From Candidatus Woesearchaeota archaeon (GTDB lineage: Archaea; Nanobdellota; Nanobdellia; Woesearchaeales; JAAOYA01), in assembly GCA_018221105.1 (NCBI GenBank), contig JAAOYA010000001.1:1-50811 (forward strand): 50,811 nucleotides of DNA, written 5' to 3'. The notes under the pieces were generated by a model. That model had not been told where the DNA came from and made no database searches. It saw only the letters and a program-made list of their open reading frames with translations. Positions within the stretch are counted from its first letter, which is position 1. Each line of letters opens with the position of its first letter. Position numbers and translations under genes: made by a program. Below are positions 1 through 9,971 of this stretch, one piece after another.

Positions 1-690
1 ATTGGCGGTGAAGTAGACCCTACTGCTTGTTGTACTGATGATACTGGTGAGAACAAGGAATTAGAGGTTTCTGGCACTGACGCCCCTGCACTTTTTGATG
101 ATGGTACTGACGCCTGTTGTAATCTTGCTACTGATTGTATTGAAGCAGGAACTTGTTATTCAACAACTGTTACTTTTGGAAGTTTTCCAAACGAAGGCTA
201 TTGTAATGCTGGAACTTGGCAAGGAGGTGACGCTGGTTCAACACAATGCAGTGCAGTTGGAGGGTTTTGGAATATTGGCGGAGAAGTTGACCCAACACTT
301 TGTTGTGAAGATGATACTGGAGAAAACCGTGATATTGAAACGCAGGGTAGTGATGCTCCTGCTTTGTTTGATGATGGTACTGACGCTTGCTGTAATCTTG
401 CTACTGATTGTATTGAAGCAGGAACTTGTTATTCTACAACTGTTACTTTTGGAAGTTTTCCAAACGAAGGCTATTGTAATGCTGGAACTTGGCTTGGTGG
501 AGACGCCAGCCAAACAGCTTGTGATGCAATAATAGGAAGCAGCGGACAATGGAATATTGGCGGTGAAGTAGACCCAACACTTTGCTGTGAAGATGACAGT
601 GGAGAATACTTCAAGCAAAACGCCACATATGGAACTGACGCTTGCTGTGATCAACCAACTGATGAAGTGGATGCTAGCGGCAATTGTGAT
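1..690 (+). repeat. Intragenic tandem repeat, ~273-282 bp (91-94 aa) Cys-rich unit, about 2.5 copies visible
   Basis: ATTGGCGG(T/A)GAAGT(A/T)GACCC starts at 1, 274 and 556; ~91-220 is nearly identical to ~364-493. Confidence 0.9.
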
Positions 691-3600
691 GGTGGAACAT
701 TACTCATATTAGGTGTTGGCACAAACCTTGCAAACGTCACAGTAAACGATCCAGTATTATTATGGGCTAATTATTCAGATGTAGAATTATTAGCAGAAAT
801 AACAGGAGCTACAGTAATAATAAACATAACATACCTTGCTACGTTGCCAGTAGTAACAGAAGCAGTAATGAACTACAATGCTACAAGCGAGCGCTACGAA
901 TACACTTTTAACCCTCAAAATCTTGGATTGTATGAGTTTACAGTAAAAGCTAACAAAACAGGTTATTCAACAAGGATTGAAACATTGCAGTTTTCTATCA
1001 CTACAGGACAATTGCAAGGTTATTTGAGCGCTTCACCACAAGTAGTAAAAAATGGTGATGCGATAAACTTCAGCTATATTGCATACAAAGCAAACTATAC
1101 GGTGCTTTTGAACACTTCAACAGTCAGCAACGAACTGCTGCCGATGGGCGACATGAACCAAGACGGCATTTACACTGCAAGTACAACAGTAAACAATAAT
1201 GGTGACGAGATAGTAACAGTGGTTGCTACAGTTTACTTCGAGTTAGACACTTGGACTGTTAGCACAACAGTAATCGTTGACAACACCCCTCCAGAAACAG
1301 CCGTTGTATTAATAGATGATGATAATTCAATAACTTATAATCAATTTGTAGAATTAAAATTAAATTATAGTGATACTAATGGTATTAGCGCTTGTCGTTA
1401 CGCAAACAATCTAACAGTTCTAAGCAATACTTTATTCGAAGATTGCACGCCAGTAAAAACGTGGAAGTTAACAGATGGTATTGGAGCAAAAACACTCTTT
1501 TTTGAAGTAAAAGACAACGCTGGAAATACTATAGTAGTAAACGATACCATACTTTATGACAGAGTGGAAGAAGCATTACTGATTATTAGACCAGAACCAG
1601 ATGCTAATCTTAAGGAGACTTACAATGTTGAAATTGTCGCTCCAAGTGACACTACAAAAGTAAGAACAGAATTAATCAATTCTAGTGGCACAGTTGTCAC
1701 AATCAATGATGTTGACTTGTCTGACGGTTGGAACGCAACAATTAACACACTGCTTTACAATGATGGATTGTACAATTTAACAGTCACAAGTTATAGCACG
1801 ATATTATACCTTTTAGAGACTCAGACAGCGCAGCGAACAATCCCAATAAACATTGTTAATTGGGTAACTCTTAGCCAAGCACCACTAGCAGTAGTAGATG
1901 ATGGCAATTACACAAACACTAACACAAGTTTGCACTTTAGCTGGTATAACGCTACATCAAGAACACAAGTAACTTACGAGTATCGATTATGGAATTCAAC
2001 AATTGAGAATCTTACAGGATGGATTATTGCTTGGCAGGATACTGAAGCTAATGTTGCGGGAAGTTACGTTGAAGGCACACAATATATTTTAGAGGTTCGA
2101 TACAGTGACATTTACTACAATTATGTAAACAGCAGTTTTAGTGATGGAATTTATGTTGATGCTACTGCTCCAATAACTTATGCGATAGATAGCACAACTC
2201 ACGTAAACTTAACTTGGGATAGTGATACCACAGGTTTTTTCAATTTCTCAGGCTTTGATGAAACAAGTTTTGCAGGTTTTAGTTACGCTTTCACAGATAA
2301 TGGCATTGCAACTCCTGACAGTATTATGGATGAAGGAATAAATTTCACAATAACTAATCTTGCTGATGGAACACACTATTTATTCGTACGCTCAATAGAC
2401 GAAGCTGGCAATGCTGGTAACGTGCAAAACTTTACAGTTATGGTTGATTCTACAAAACCGTCAACTCCTCAAATGATTCAAGGTAATGCAAGCGGTAGCA
2501 CAAGCGTTACATTCAATTGGACAGAGTCAGTTGACTCTCAATCAGGTGTTGATAATTATTACTTGCAAATAGCTAGTGATCAAAACTTTACAACAATCAT
2601 AGAACAGGGCTGGGTAGGCAATACTTTAGGCAACACTACAAGTTTAGCACAAGGAACTTATTTTGCGAGAGTCAAAAGTCGCAACCGTGCTGGAGTTGAG
2701 AGTTATTGGTCTAGTGACGCGCCACAAGATGTTGACACGACAAACCCTAGTATATTGTTTAACAAGCCTGTTGGAACTGTTAAAAGTGCTACTCCTGTGA
2801 TAGTAGTAATGACTGATGAATGGGCTTATTGTACCTACACTATAAGCGGGCAAACTTATCCTTTCAGATTCACAAACAGCACATATCACGAAGTACAAGT
2901 AAGTGGCAGTGGAGTGGTAAACTATGATGTTGACTGTTATGACAAAGTTAACCGCCAGGCAAGCACAAGTGACGCTTTCACAGTTGACACTGCCTCACAA
3001 CCTGACGGCCTAACATTAAGCATTAATGACCCGTTTTACATTGGGGAAATCATTGACGTTGACGTTAACGTAACTGATGGCGGAACAAGAATTGGAGATA
3101 TTAACCCGTTAGACTTTAGCTTGTCAATTGATAACTCGCAAGTTTTAGACTTTGCAGTGGTAGACAATGGTAACGGAATATACACTTTAAGCTTTAACAG
3201 TCCTCAAACACCAAAAACTTATTCTATTGAAATAATAGTCTTAGGTTATAGTATAAATGACTCCATGAGTGTGACGCCAATATATTTGACAACACAATAC
3301 GATGCTGCAAGTCCAGCAACACAAAACAAACTAGCATACGTCAAAACCAGTAATTATACAATAGGCGTTGGCAGTGACGCTACAACAACAAACATTGATA
3401 GTGCAACATTAAAAGTGGAGGGTGATAGTCTAGGAAACAATTACATTTTTTTAACACCGCCAAACGCTAACGTCAGACGTCATGACGCTAGACTTGAAGA
3501 AAAAACTTTTTTAGAACTCTCAAATCCACGCTTTGGAACTGCCAGCACTGACGAATATGTTGTGCAAACAATGTTAGATTATGAAAATATAATCCTTAGC

Positions 3601-3699
3601 GGCAACCAAAAAGTTGGCAGTGGCTTTTACTCTATTGTAATAACTAATAATGGGTTGACTAGTGATGGCAAAGTCAACATCACAATTAGTATAATATGA
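1..3699 (+). CDS. Giant secreted/surface protein (5'-truncated) with Cys-rich tandem repeats followed by Ig/FN3-like beta-sandwich domains; putative adhesin of the pilus locus
   Basis: The frame of ORF 364..3699 is open back to base 1 (IGGEVDPTACC...). It is Thr/Asn/Asp-rich with many N-x-S/T sequons and 'D.AGN', 'VD.T.P' Ig-like motifs. Its stop overlaps the start of the first pilin-like gene. Confidence 0.8.
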   Translation: MGGEVDPTACCTDDTGENKELEVSGTDAPALFDDGTDACCNLATDCIEAGTCYSTTVTFGSFPNEGYCNAGTWQGGDAGSTQCSAVGGFWNIGGEVDPTLCCEDDTGENRDIETQGSDAPALFDDGTDACCNLATDCIEAGTCYSTTVTFGSFPNEGYCNAGTWLGGDASQTACDAIIGSSGQWNIGGEVDPTLCCEDDSGEYFKQNATYGTDACCDQPTDEVDASGNCDGGTLLILGVGTNLANVTVNDPVLLWANYSDVELLAEITGATVIINITYLATLPVVTEAVMNYNATSERYEYTFNPQNLGLYEFTVKANKTGYSTRIETLQFSITTGQLQGYLSASPQVVKNGDAINFSYIAYKANYTVLLNTSTVSNELLPMGDMNQDGIYTASTTVNNNGDEIVTVVATVYFELDTWTVSTTVIVDNTPPETAVVLIDDDNSITYNQFVELKLNYSDTNGISACRYANNLTVLSNTLFEDCTPVKTWKLTDGIGAKTLFFEVKDNAGNTIVVNDTILYDRVEEALLIIRPEPDANLKETYNVEIVAPSDTTKVRTELINSSGTVVTINDVDLSDGWNATINTLLYNDGLYNLTVTSYSTILYLLETQTAQRTIPINIVNWVTLSQAPLAVVDDGNYTNTNTSLHFSWYNATSRTQVTYEYRLWNSTIENLTGWIIAWQDTEANVAGSYVEGTQYILEVRYSDIYYNYVNSSFSDGIYVDATAPITYAIDSTTHVNLTWDSDTTGFFNFSGFDETSFAGFSYAFTDNGIATPDSIMDEGINFTITNLADGTHYLFVRSIDEAGNAGNVQNFTVMVDSTKPSTPQMIQGNASGSTSVTFNWTESVDSQSGVDNYYLQIASDQNFTTIIEQGWVGNTLGNTTSLAQGTYFARVKSRNRAGVESYWSSDAPQDVDTTNPSILFNKPVGTVKSATPVIVVMTDEWAYCTYTISGQTYPFRFTNSTYHEVQVSGSGVVNYDVDCYDKVNRQASTSDAFTVDTASQPDGLTLSINDPFYIGEIIDVDVNVTDGGTRIGDINPLDFSLSIDNSQVLDFAVVDNGNGIYTLSFNSPQTPKTYSIEIIVLGYSINDSMSVTPIYLTTQYDAASPATQNKLAYVKTSNYTIGVGSDATTTNIDSATLKVEGDSLGNNYIFLTPPNANVRRHDARLEEKTFLELSNPRFGTASTDEYVVQTMLDYENIILSGNQKVGSGFYSIVITNNGLTSDGKVNITISII

Positions 3700-4199
3700 A
3701 ATCAAAAAAGAGTCAATTATACATTTTTTCAGTTTTAGTGTTAACAATTGTTGCCGCGGCAGTAATCATAAGTTCAAGTAGGATAGCAAAACCGCAAAGT
3801 ACAAGTTCAAGCCTTGCAAACAATTACGCTCTTGAAAGCGTGCAAACAGTCAATAACGCATTGTACAACAATCAAAACCCTTGGAGTGCACTAAAAAACT
3901 TTAACAATGAATTTACTGTTTTTGCAAGCACAAAAAGCAGTGATTTTAAGAGCGTTCAAATACTAACTTATAATAACAGCATATACTTAAACAATAAATT
4001 ATCAAAAACTATCAGTGTTGTCGTCGGCAATCAAAGCGCAACATTAATAAGTGATCAAGAGCAAACATTTAACAATGCAAAAAACGTGCTAGTAAACTAT
4101 GAAAATAGTGCTTACTCGTTTAAAATTAATCGTCAAGTACAAGTTCACTCTTTGATGATTATAAACTCTCAAAACCAAAAAAGTGTATATTTGAGTTAA
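3696..4199 (+). CDS. Pilin-like protein with class III signal peptide
   Basis: MKSKKS/Q followed by a hydrophobic helix; lies in the pilus operon. Confidence 0.7.
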   Translation: MKSKKSQLYIFSVLVLTIVAAAVIISSSRIAKPQSTSSSLANNYALESVQTVNNALYNNQNPWSALKNFNNEFTVFASTKSSDFKSVQILTYNNSIYLNNKLSKTISVVVGNQSATLISDQEQTFNNAKNVLVNYENSAYSFKINRQVQVHSLMIINSQNQKSVYLS

Positions 4200-4200
4200 A

Positions 4201-4662
4201 ATGAAATCAAAAAAAGCAGTAATGTTATGGATATCCTGGATTTTACTACTGGCCTTTGTTGTGACACTGAGTGTTTTCATGTATGATTGGATGACCAATT
4301 ACACGACTCGCACCACAACACAAATAACAGAGCACGTCTATGATACTGGCGAGTGCGAAAGTGTTTCAGTACATACTGTTAGCTTATGCCAAAACCTTAC
4401 AAGCAAAAAATTACAATTACAAGTACAAAACACTAACGTTCTAAAAATCGATCAGTTAATATTTCGAATGTATGACTATTATGACAACCCATTAGCAATA
4501 CAAAAAAACATTACTATTAGGCCGCAACAAACAGAAAACGTTAATGTGTTTTTGCAATCGCCAGTACAAAACTTTGAATTAATTCCTGCAGTGATAAAAG
4601 GGAAAAAATTACATGTTTGCGAAAACAAAGCAGTAGTGATTGACAGTATTGCAGAATGCTAA
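4201..4662 (+). CDS. Archaeal type IV pilin-like protein
   Basis: MKSKKA/VMLWISWILLLAFVV..W N-terminus; Cys near both ends of the globular domain. Confidence 0.8.
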   Translation: MKSKKAVMLWISWILLLAFVVTLSVFMYDWMTNYTTRTTTQITEHVYDTGECESVSVHTVSLCQNLTSKKLQLQVQNTNVLKIDQLIFRMYDYYDNPLAIQKNITIRPQQTENVNVFLQSPVQNFELIPAVIKGKKLHVCENKAVVIDSIAEC

Positions 4663-4722
4663 AAAAATTAGAAAACTTTAAAAAGTATTTTGCACAAAAT
4701 TAAGTTTAGAGGTGACCAAAAA

Positions 4723-5013
4723 GTGGTGAAAACTACTGGAGCACTAGTAGAATTAGAATTAGAAAAAAGTCGTTTGAACAGAGAAAAAAGCCTGCTAGTA
4801 TTAAACAAAGCAGTAACATTATACTTTGTGTTCTTATTTTTAGGAGTTCTAGGATTCGTAAATCATTATATTAACCAAGCACTTTTTAACACCGCAGTAA
4901 TACTAGGATTATTAGCTCTTATTACAGGAACTGTTCCTTATGTTAGAACAATGCACTTCGAAGAAAAAAATATCGAAGCATTAATAAACAAGTTAAAAAA
5001 TAAAAAAGTATAA
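4723..5013 (+). CDS. Small two-helix membrane protein
   Basis: Two hydrophobic segments; GAGGTGA SD precedes GTG at 4723 (ORF track starts at 4690). Confidence 0.65.
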   Translation: MVKTTGALVELELEKSRLNREKSLLVLNKAVTLYFVFLFLGVLGFVNHYINQALFNTAVILGLLALITGTVPYVRTMHFEEKNIEALINKLKNKKV

Positions 5014-5022
5014 GATATTAAA

Positions 5023-5517
5023 ATGAATAAAAAAGGGGTATCACCACTTATTGCAACTGTTTTACTGATAGCTTTTGCAGTAGCACTAGGCGCAATTGTC
5101 ATGAATTGGGGTAGAACTTATGTTGAAGAACAAACCGATAACGCGCAAGAATTAAGCGATCAAAAAACAACTTGTTCTTTTGATGTCAACATTAAAATTT
5201 TAGAAATATCAAACCAAAAAAAACTCTGTTATAACAGCACTGCGGGCACACTAGATTTAACAGTTGATAATCGCGGTCGCAAAACAATTGAAAGTTTTGA
5301 AGTGCTAGTATACAATTCAACTGAAGATATTGCTGTAGTGCAAGTCAACCAATCAATAAATATTGGCAGGCCCCTAAAACAAACAATCACTCACGGTCTT
5401 GGCGGAGACTTAGACTTTATACGTGTAACACCGCAAGTGCGATTAGTCACAAACGGCGCGTTAATTACTTGTACGGAATCTGAAATCAAAGACGATGATC
5501 TTTCACCATGCACCTAA
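5023..5517 (+). CDS. Archaeal type IV pilin (archaellin/pilin N-terminal domain)
   Basis: Canonical MNKKG/VSPLIATVLLIAFAVALGAIV class III signal peptide. Confidence 0.92.
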   Translation: MNKKGVSPLIATVLLIAFAVALGAIVMNWGRTYVEEQTDNAQELSDQKTTCSFDVNIKILEISNQKKLCYNSTAGTLDLTVDNRGRKTIESFEVLVYNSTEDIAVVQVNQSINIGRPLKQTITHGLGGDLDFIRVTPQVRLVTNGALITCTESEIKDDDLSPCT

Positions 5518-6220
5518 ATCGAAACTTGGTCAAATTTGGGTATCGGCAGTATTATATCTTCTAGTCACAGTAGTGATTATGATGCTTTTAGTGCAAACTG
5601 GAGTGCCACTTTTAGATAAGATGCGCGACAAAAGCATCAGCACAACAACAATTGATAGTGTGGCAACATTATCAGAGCACATCCAAGAAGTGGCAAGTGA
5701 AGGTGAGGGTAGTCGTCGAACAGTTTCTTTTGATGTTAAAAGAGGTCATTTAGCAGTACATGACGATCAAGTAGTTTGGAGTTTAGAGACTGAAGCGAAA
5801 ATTATTGAGCCGCGAAGCAAAATAGAGCTTGGAGACTTAATAATAGCATCAAATATTGACGCTAGCGCAACAGAATACTCTAACTCGTACATAATAGAGA
5901 ATGCTTACTTGCAAGTCAACATTTCAAAATATGGCAATGCAAGCAGTCAAGTCACCATTAACACTACTGATTTGGTAAACAATATTTATCATAAAAGTGT
6001 TGGAGCAAACGTTAGCGGAGGCTTTAATTTTTATTTGGGAGACTCGCAAAACAATGAAGGCTCAGGCTACACAGAACTATTAGAAGAAGGTTCACTGCTT
6101 GATAAAGCAGTAGTCATTGTACACTTAGACACGCCAGATTTCTATTATGATTTATACTTAATTCTGGACTCTTCAGCTGATTATTTAAGAACACAAGCTA
6201 AAAACATTCAAAGAAAATAA
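5495..6220 (+). CDS. Minor pilin-like protein
   Basis: KLG/QIWVSAVLYLLV... signal and 'EGEGSRR' motif typical of archaeal minor pilins. Confidence 0.72.
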   Translation: MIFHHAPKSKLGQIWVSAVLYLLVTVVIMMLLVQTGVPLLDKMRDKSISTTTIDSVATLSEHIQEVASEGEGSRRTVSFDVKRGHLAVHDDQVVWSLETEAKIIEPRSKIELGDLIIASNIDASATEYSNSYIIENAYLQVNISKYGNASSQVTINTTDLVNNIYHKSVGANVSGGFNFYLGDSQNNEGSGYTELLEEGSLLDKAVVIVHLDTPDFYYDLYLILDSSADYLRTQAKNIQRK

Positions 6221-6316
6221 TAAGCTTTAAATACCCTTTAGTCGACTATAATAGTATTGCATGCAAAAAGGGAGGTAGCAACACGACATAGTAATGTCTA
6301 GACAAAAATAGTTAAT

Positions 6317-7918
6317 ATGCCGGCAGAACAAGATAGTAACAATATAGTGCCAGTAGCGCCTAGAACACCAGACAGTGATAAGTTCTACATTGACACAACG
6401 CCGCAAATAATTGACATACCGAAGTTTTCACGTAAAGAAGATGTTAACCTTCGCTACCCGTTGCTGCCCCCTTACGCTTACGCTAATATTTATTGGGACG
6501 CGCAAAATAATGAATTAATATATTATGTTGAAGAACCAATACTTACTGATACTGAAAAAGAAATATTAAACCTTGTAAAAACAGGCTTGGAAGAAATGCT
6601 TAACGTGAGTTTTGTGAGAGCAGCAAAAAGCAATCTAATTCTTGACTATTTAGAAAAAAACATTCGTTCAATACTGACAGAGCTTGGCACTAAACTATCA
6701 AAAGAATCTTATAATAAAATAATTTATTATGTTTACCGTGACAGTGTAGGATTAAACGAGATAGAACCACTATTAAAAGATTATTACATCGAAGACATTG
6801 AATGCAATGGAACAAACTTTCCACTCTACATAGTGCACAGAAAGTTTGAAAACATGCGCACAAACGTAATTTTTAAAGAAAGCCAAAGATTAACTGACTT
6901 TGTTGAAAAACTAGCACAAAAAAGCGGACGCTACGTGAGTTATGCCAAACCTCTACTTGATGGTACACTACCAGACGGTTCACGTGTTAACGCAACATAC
7001 ACCGATGATGTTACCACCCGAGGACCAACGTTTACTATTCGAAAATTCACAACTGACCCGTGGACTCCAATACACCTAATCAATTTTGGCACAGCAGACC
7101 CCTTCATGTTTGCATACTTATGGCTCGCAATAGAGCACAAGTTTAACATTGTAGTAATTGGCGAGACCTCAAGTGGAAAAACAACCTTTCTAAATAGCAT
7201 TGCAAACTTTATACCACCAGAAGCACGCATTTGTTCAATCGAAGACACTAGAGAATTAAACCTAGCACACATTAACTGGTTGCCAGCAGTGACAAGGGAA
7301 GGTTTTGGAATTCCAAACCTTGCAGGACAAAGCTACGGTGAAATAACACTATTCGACCTTTTAAAAGAAACATTCAGGCAAAACCCTGATTACGTGATTG
7401 TTGGAGAACTGCGAGGCGAAGAAACTTACGTGTTATTTCAGGGAATGGCCTCAGGACACCCCTCATTTGGAACTTTTCACGCTGGAAGTGTTCAAACACT
7501 AATAAAACGTTTAGAAACACCTCCAATAAACCTTTCACCATCACTTGTCGAAACACTTGATATTGTAGTAATAGTAACACACATAAAAATGCAGGATAAG
7601 GCAATGCGGCGAGTAAAAGAAATTGATGAAATATTAAAAGTCACAGAACAATTAGGAAAAGTTGATTTTAACAAATTATTTGCTTGGAACCCTATAAATG
7701 ACAGCTTTGAATATAATCAACAATCAGCAGTTCTTGACAGGATTGTAGCGCGCACAGGACTATCAATTAATGATTTGATGAGTGAATTACAAACTCGCGC
7801 GGCACTACTATCAAAACTTGCACAATCAAACATCACTGACTTTAAAGAAGTCTCACAAATCTTTAATACTTATTACAAAAATAAACAAGCTATACTAACA
7901 CAATACGGTCTACAATGA
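6317..7918 (+). CDS. Type II/IV secretion (pilus assembly) ATPase, FlaI/CpaF/VirB11 family
   Basis: Walker A GETSSGKTT, Asp box SIEDTREL, Walker B RQNPDYVIVGELRG, His box GH...TFHA. Confidence 0.96.
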   Translation: MPAEQDSNNIVPVAPRTPDSDKFYIDTTPQIIDIPKFSRKEDVNLRYPLLPPYAYANIYWDAQNNELIYYVEEPILTDTEKEILNLVKTGLEEMLNVSFVRAAKSNLILDYLEKNIRSILTELGTKLSKESYNKIIYYVYRDSVGLNEIEPLLKDYYIEDIECNGTNFPLYIVHRKFENMRTNVIFKESQRLTDFVEKLAQKSGRYVSYAKPLLDGTLPDGSRVNATYTDDVTTRGPTFTIRKFTTDPWTPIHLINFGTADPFMFAYLWLAIEHKFNIVVIGETSSGKTTFLNSIANFIPPEARICSIEDTRELNLAHINWLPAVTREGFGIPNLAGQSYGEITLFDLLKETFRQNPDYVIVGELRGEETYVLFQGMASGHPSFGTFHAGSVQTLIKRLETPPINLSPSLVETLDIVVIVTHIKMQDKAMRRVKEIDEILKVTEQLGKVDFNKLFAWNPINDSFEYNQQSAVLDRIVARTGLSINDLMSELQTRAALLSKLAQSNITDFKEVSQIFNTYYKNKQAILTQYGLQ

Positions 7919-8133
7919 AAGAATTAAAAACTATTGATTTGTTAGAGGCTAACACTCACAAACTAGTAATTCTAAAAGACTTATACGAAAAAACATCAGC
8001 ACAAAACACAACCGATCAGCTAATACTAGAAAAAAATAAGCTTAAAATGAAGTATGCAAAAGAGCAAATGCTAAAATTATTGATTGAAAATAACAAGTTA
8101 TTTGACAAGTTATTATTGCAAGAGGAACCATAA
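7915..8133 (+). CDS. Small coiled-coil hypothetical protein in the pilus operon
   Basis: ATGA overlap with the ATPase stop; fills the gap to the next gene. Confidence 0.65.
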   Translation: MKELKTIDLLEANTHKLVILKDLYEKTSAQNTTDQLILEKNKLKMKYAKEQMLKLLIENNKLFDKLLLQEEP

Positions 8134-8134
8134 A

Positions 8135-9970
8135 ATGATAGTGCATGAGAACAGCGCGAAAATATTAGCACTACTTGATGAAGTCAGGCAACAATTAAAT
8201 TATAAAGCACAAGCAAAAAAAGATTTGGACGCTCTTTTTAAAAAATATCAATCTGGAAAACTCAATTATTTAGAGTATGAAACAACAGTCAAGAACAATT
8301 ATGAAAGCAGAACTCCCGCTGAAGTAATAGAATATTATAATGCTATAATCTATCAAACACTAAAATACGCACAACACTACAATGACGATATTTTCACTAA
8401 AGTATTTGAAGATATTGCTTACACAAAATTATCTATTAAACCAATTGAAAAACCAAAAGCTGTAGTGGCACCAGTGATTGAGCCAGAGCCCAAAAAGCAT
8501 AAAATAGTAAAAAAGTATGAAAAAGATGTCTTAACAGAACTTGACGGCCTAGAGGCTATTAAAGAGCAAGCAAAAACTCAAAAACCAAAACCAGCGACCG
8601 CTAAAACTTTTAAACTGCCAAAACTAACACTATCAAAAAGACCAATAGTTTTGCCAACAAGAAAACCTCAAAGGCCAACAGCTCAAATAACGCCCGCGCA
8701 GGCCCTAAAAGCTCAAAAGCCGCCAACGCCACGTCCACAGCCAACACAACCAATTAGCACTCAAAAACATAAATTATCTTTTAGTGAGCGCGTAAAAATG
8801 TTTTTTTCTCACAAAAAAATTCCAAAACCATTAAAGCCTGAAGCAACAATACAAAAAAAAAGGTTTTTTGCATCTATTAAGAATACTATTAGAATGCTTT
8901 TAACAGGCGGCAAAGAACTAATAACTGATCAAACAGCAGTATCGCACGCTGCTAAAGAACTAGAAAAATTACAGCATAAAGCGAAAATAGGAGCTTCTGA
9001 CAAACTAGCGGGAACACTACTAAGCCAAGAAGTAAAACGCATCAAAAGCATTATGGTAAAACGCTCTGACATGAAAATATACCAGCCAACACTTTTTGGA
9101 GAAATATCAAACTTACTAACCAGAAAAATAAGCTTTTATATGATTGACAGCATGCCAGAAGTTTTCAAAAGATTATACAATAATATGCGCTATGCTAACA
9201 TCAAAATTTTATCTAACACTTACGTCAACATGCTAGTACTAGTTTCTATAATGGCAGGATTTGTAACCTTTTTTATTGCTGGACTGTACAACTTTTTTAC
9301 AAAAAAAGCATTAGTGATGATACTATTTAACACATTTGCAATAACATTTTTATTCATACTACTTACTGGAGCATCATTTTTTTGGTATCCAATAATAAAA
9401 CTCAAAGACCGCAAAAAAAGCATCAACACAAACCTGCCATTTGTCATCACTCACATGGCAGCAGTAGCTAACAGCGGAGTGCCACCAGCAAAAATGTTCA
9501 GGCTAATAAGCGAAAGCCAAGAGTACGGTGAGATAAGCGTTGAAGTAGAAAAAATTGTTGAATACGTAGAATTATTCGGCTATGATATTGTAACAGCAGT
9601 GCGCTCTGTTGCAAGCACAACACCAAGCCCGGATTTTAGAGAATTTTTTGAGGGAATGGTATCAACAATTGAAAGTGGCGGAAACCTAAAAGATTACCTT
9701 GGACAAAAAGCAGACGAGACAATGCTAACCTACGAATTAGAAAGACAAAAATACAATGAAACAGTTGCAACATACTCCGACATTTACACTGGCATTTTGA
9801 TTGCAGCACCATTATTTTTCATTGCAGCACTATCATTAATTAGTTTGCTCGGAGGAACAGTAGCAGGCTTTGAAATAAACACTATAGTAGTGTTTGGAAC
9901 TTACTTGGCAGTACCACTGTTAAACATTTTATTCATAATATTTTTAGAGTTAACACAACCAGACGTATAA
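8135..9970 (+). CDS. Type II secretion system F / TadC-FlaJ-like membrane platform protein with a long N-terminal extension
   Basis: C-terminal T2SSF motifs (INTNLPF...SGVPP, FGYDIVTA...TPS..FREF, SGGNL); ATG at 8135 follows the previous stop. Confidence 0.9.
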   Translation: MIVHENSAKILALLDEVRQQLNYKAQAKKDLDALFKKYQSGKLNYLEYETTVKNNYESRTPAEVIEYYNAIIYQTLKYAQHYNDDIFTKVFEDIAYTKLSIKPIEKPKAVVAPVIEPEPKKHKIVKKYEKDVLTELDGLEAIKEQAKTQKPKPATAKTFKLPKLTLSKRPIVLPTRKPQRPTAQITPAQALKAQKPPTPRPQPTQPISTQKHKLSFSERVKMFFSHKKIPKPLKPEATIQKKRFFASIKNTIRMLLTGGKELITDQTAVSHAAKELEKLQHKAKIGASDKLAGTLLSQEVKRIKSIMVKRSDMKIYQPTLFGEISNLLTRKISFYMIDSMPEVFKRLYNNMRYANIKILSNTYVNMLVLVSIMAGFVTFFIAGLYNFFTKKALVMILFNTFAITFLFILLTGASFFWYPIIKLKDRKKSINTNLPFVITHMAAVANSGVPPAKMFRLISESQEYGEISVEVEKIVEYVELFGYDIVTAVRSVASTTPSPDFREFFEGMVSTIESGGNLKDYLGQKADETMLTYELERQKYNETVATYSDIYTGILIAAPLFFIAALSLISLLGGTVAGFEINTIVVFGTYLAVPLLNILFIIFLELTQPDV

Positions 9971-9971
9971 A

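Noticed and set aside
95..654. ORFs 95..532(+) and 238..654(-)
   Set aside because: Alternate-frame shadows of the Cys-repeat gene.
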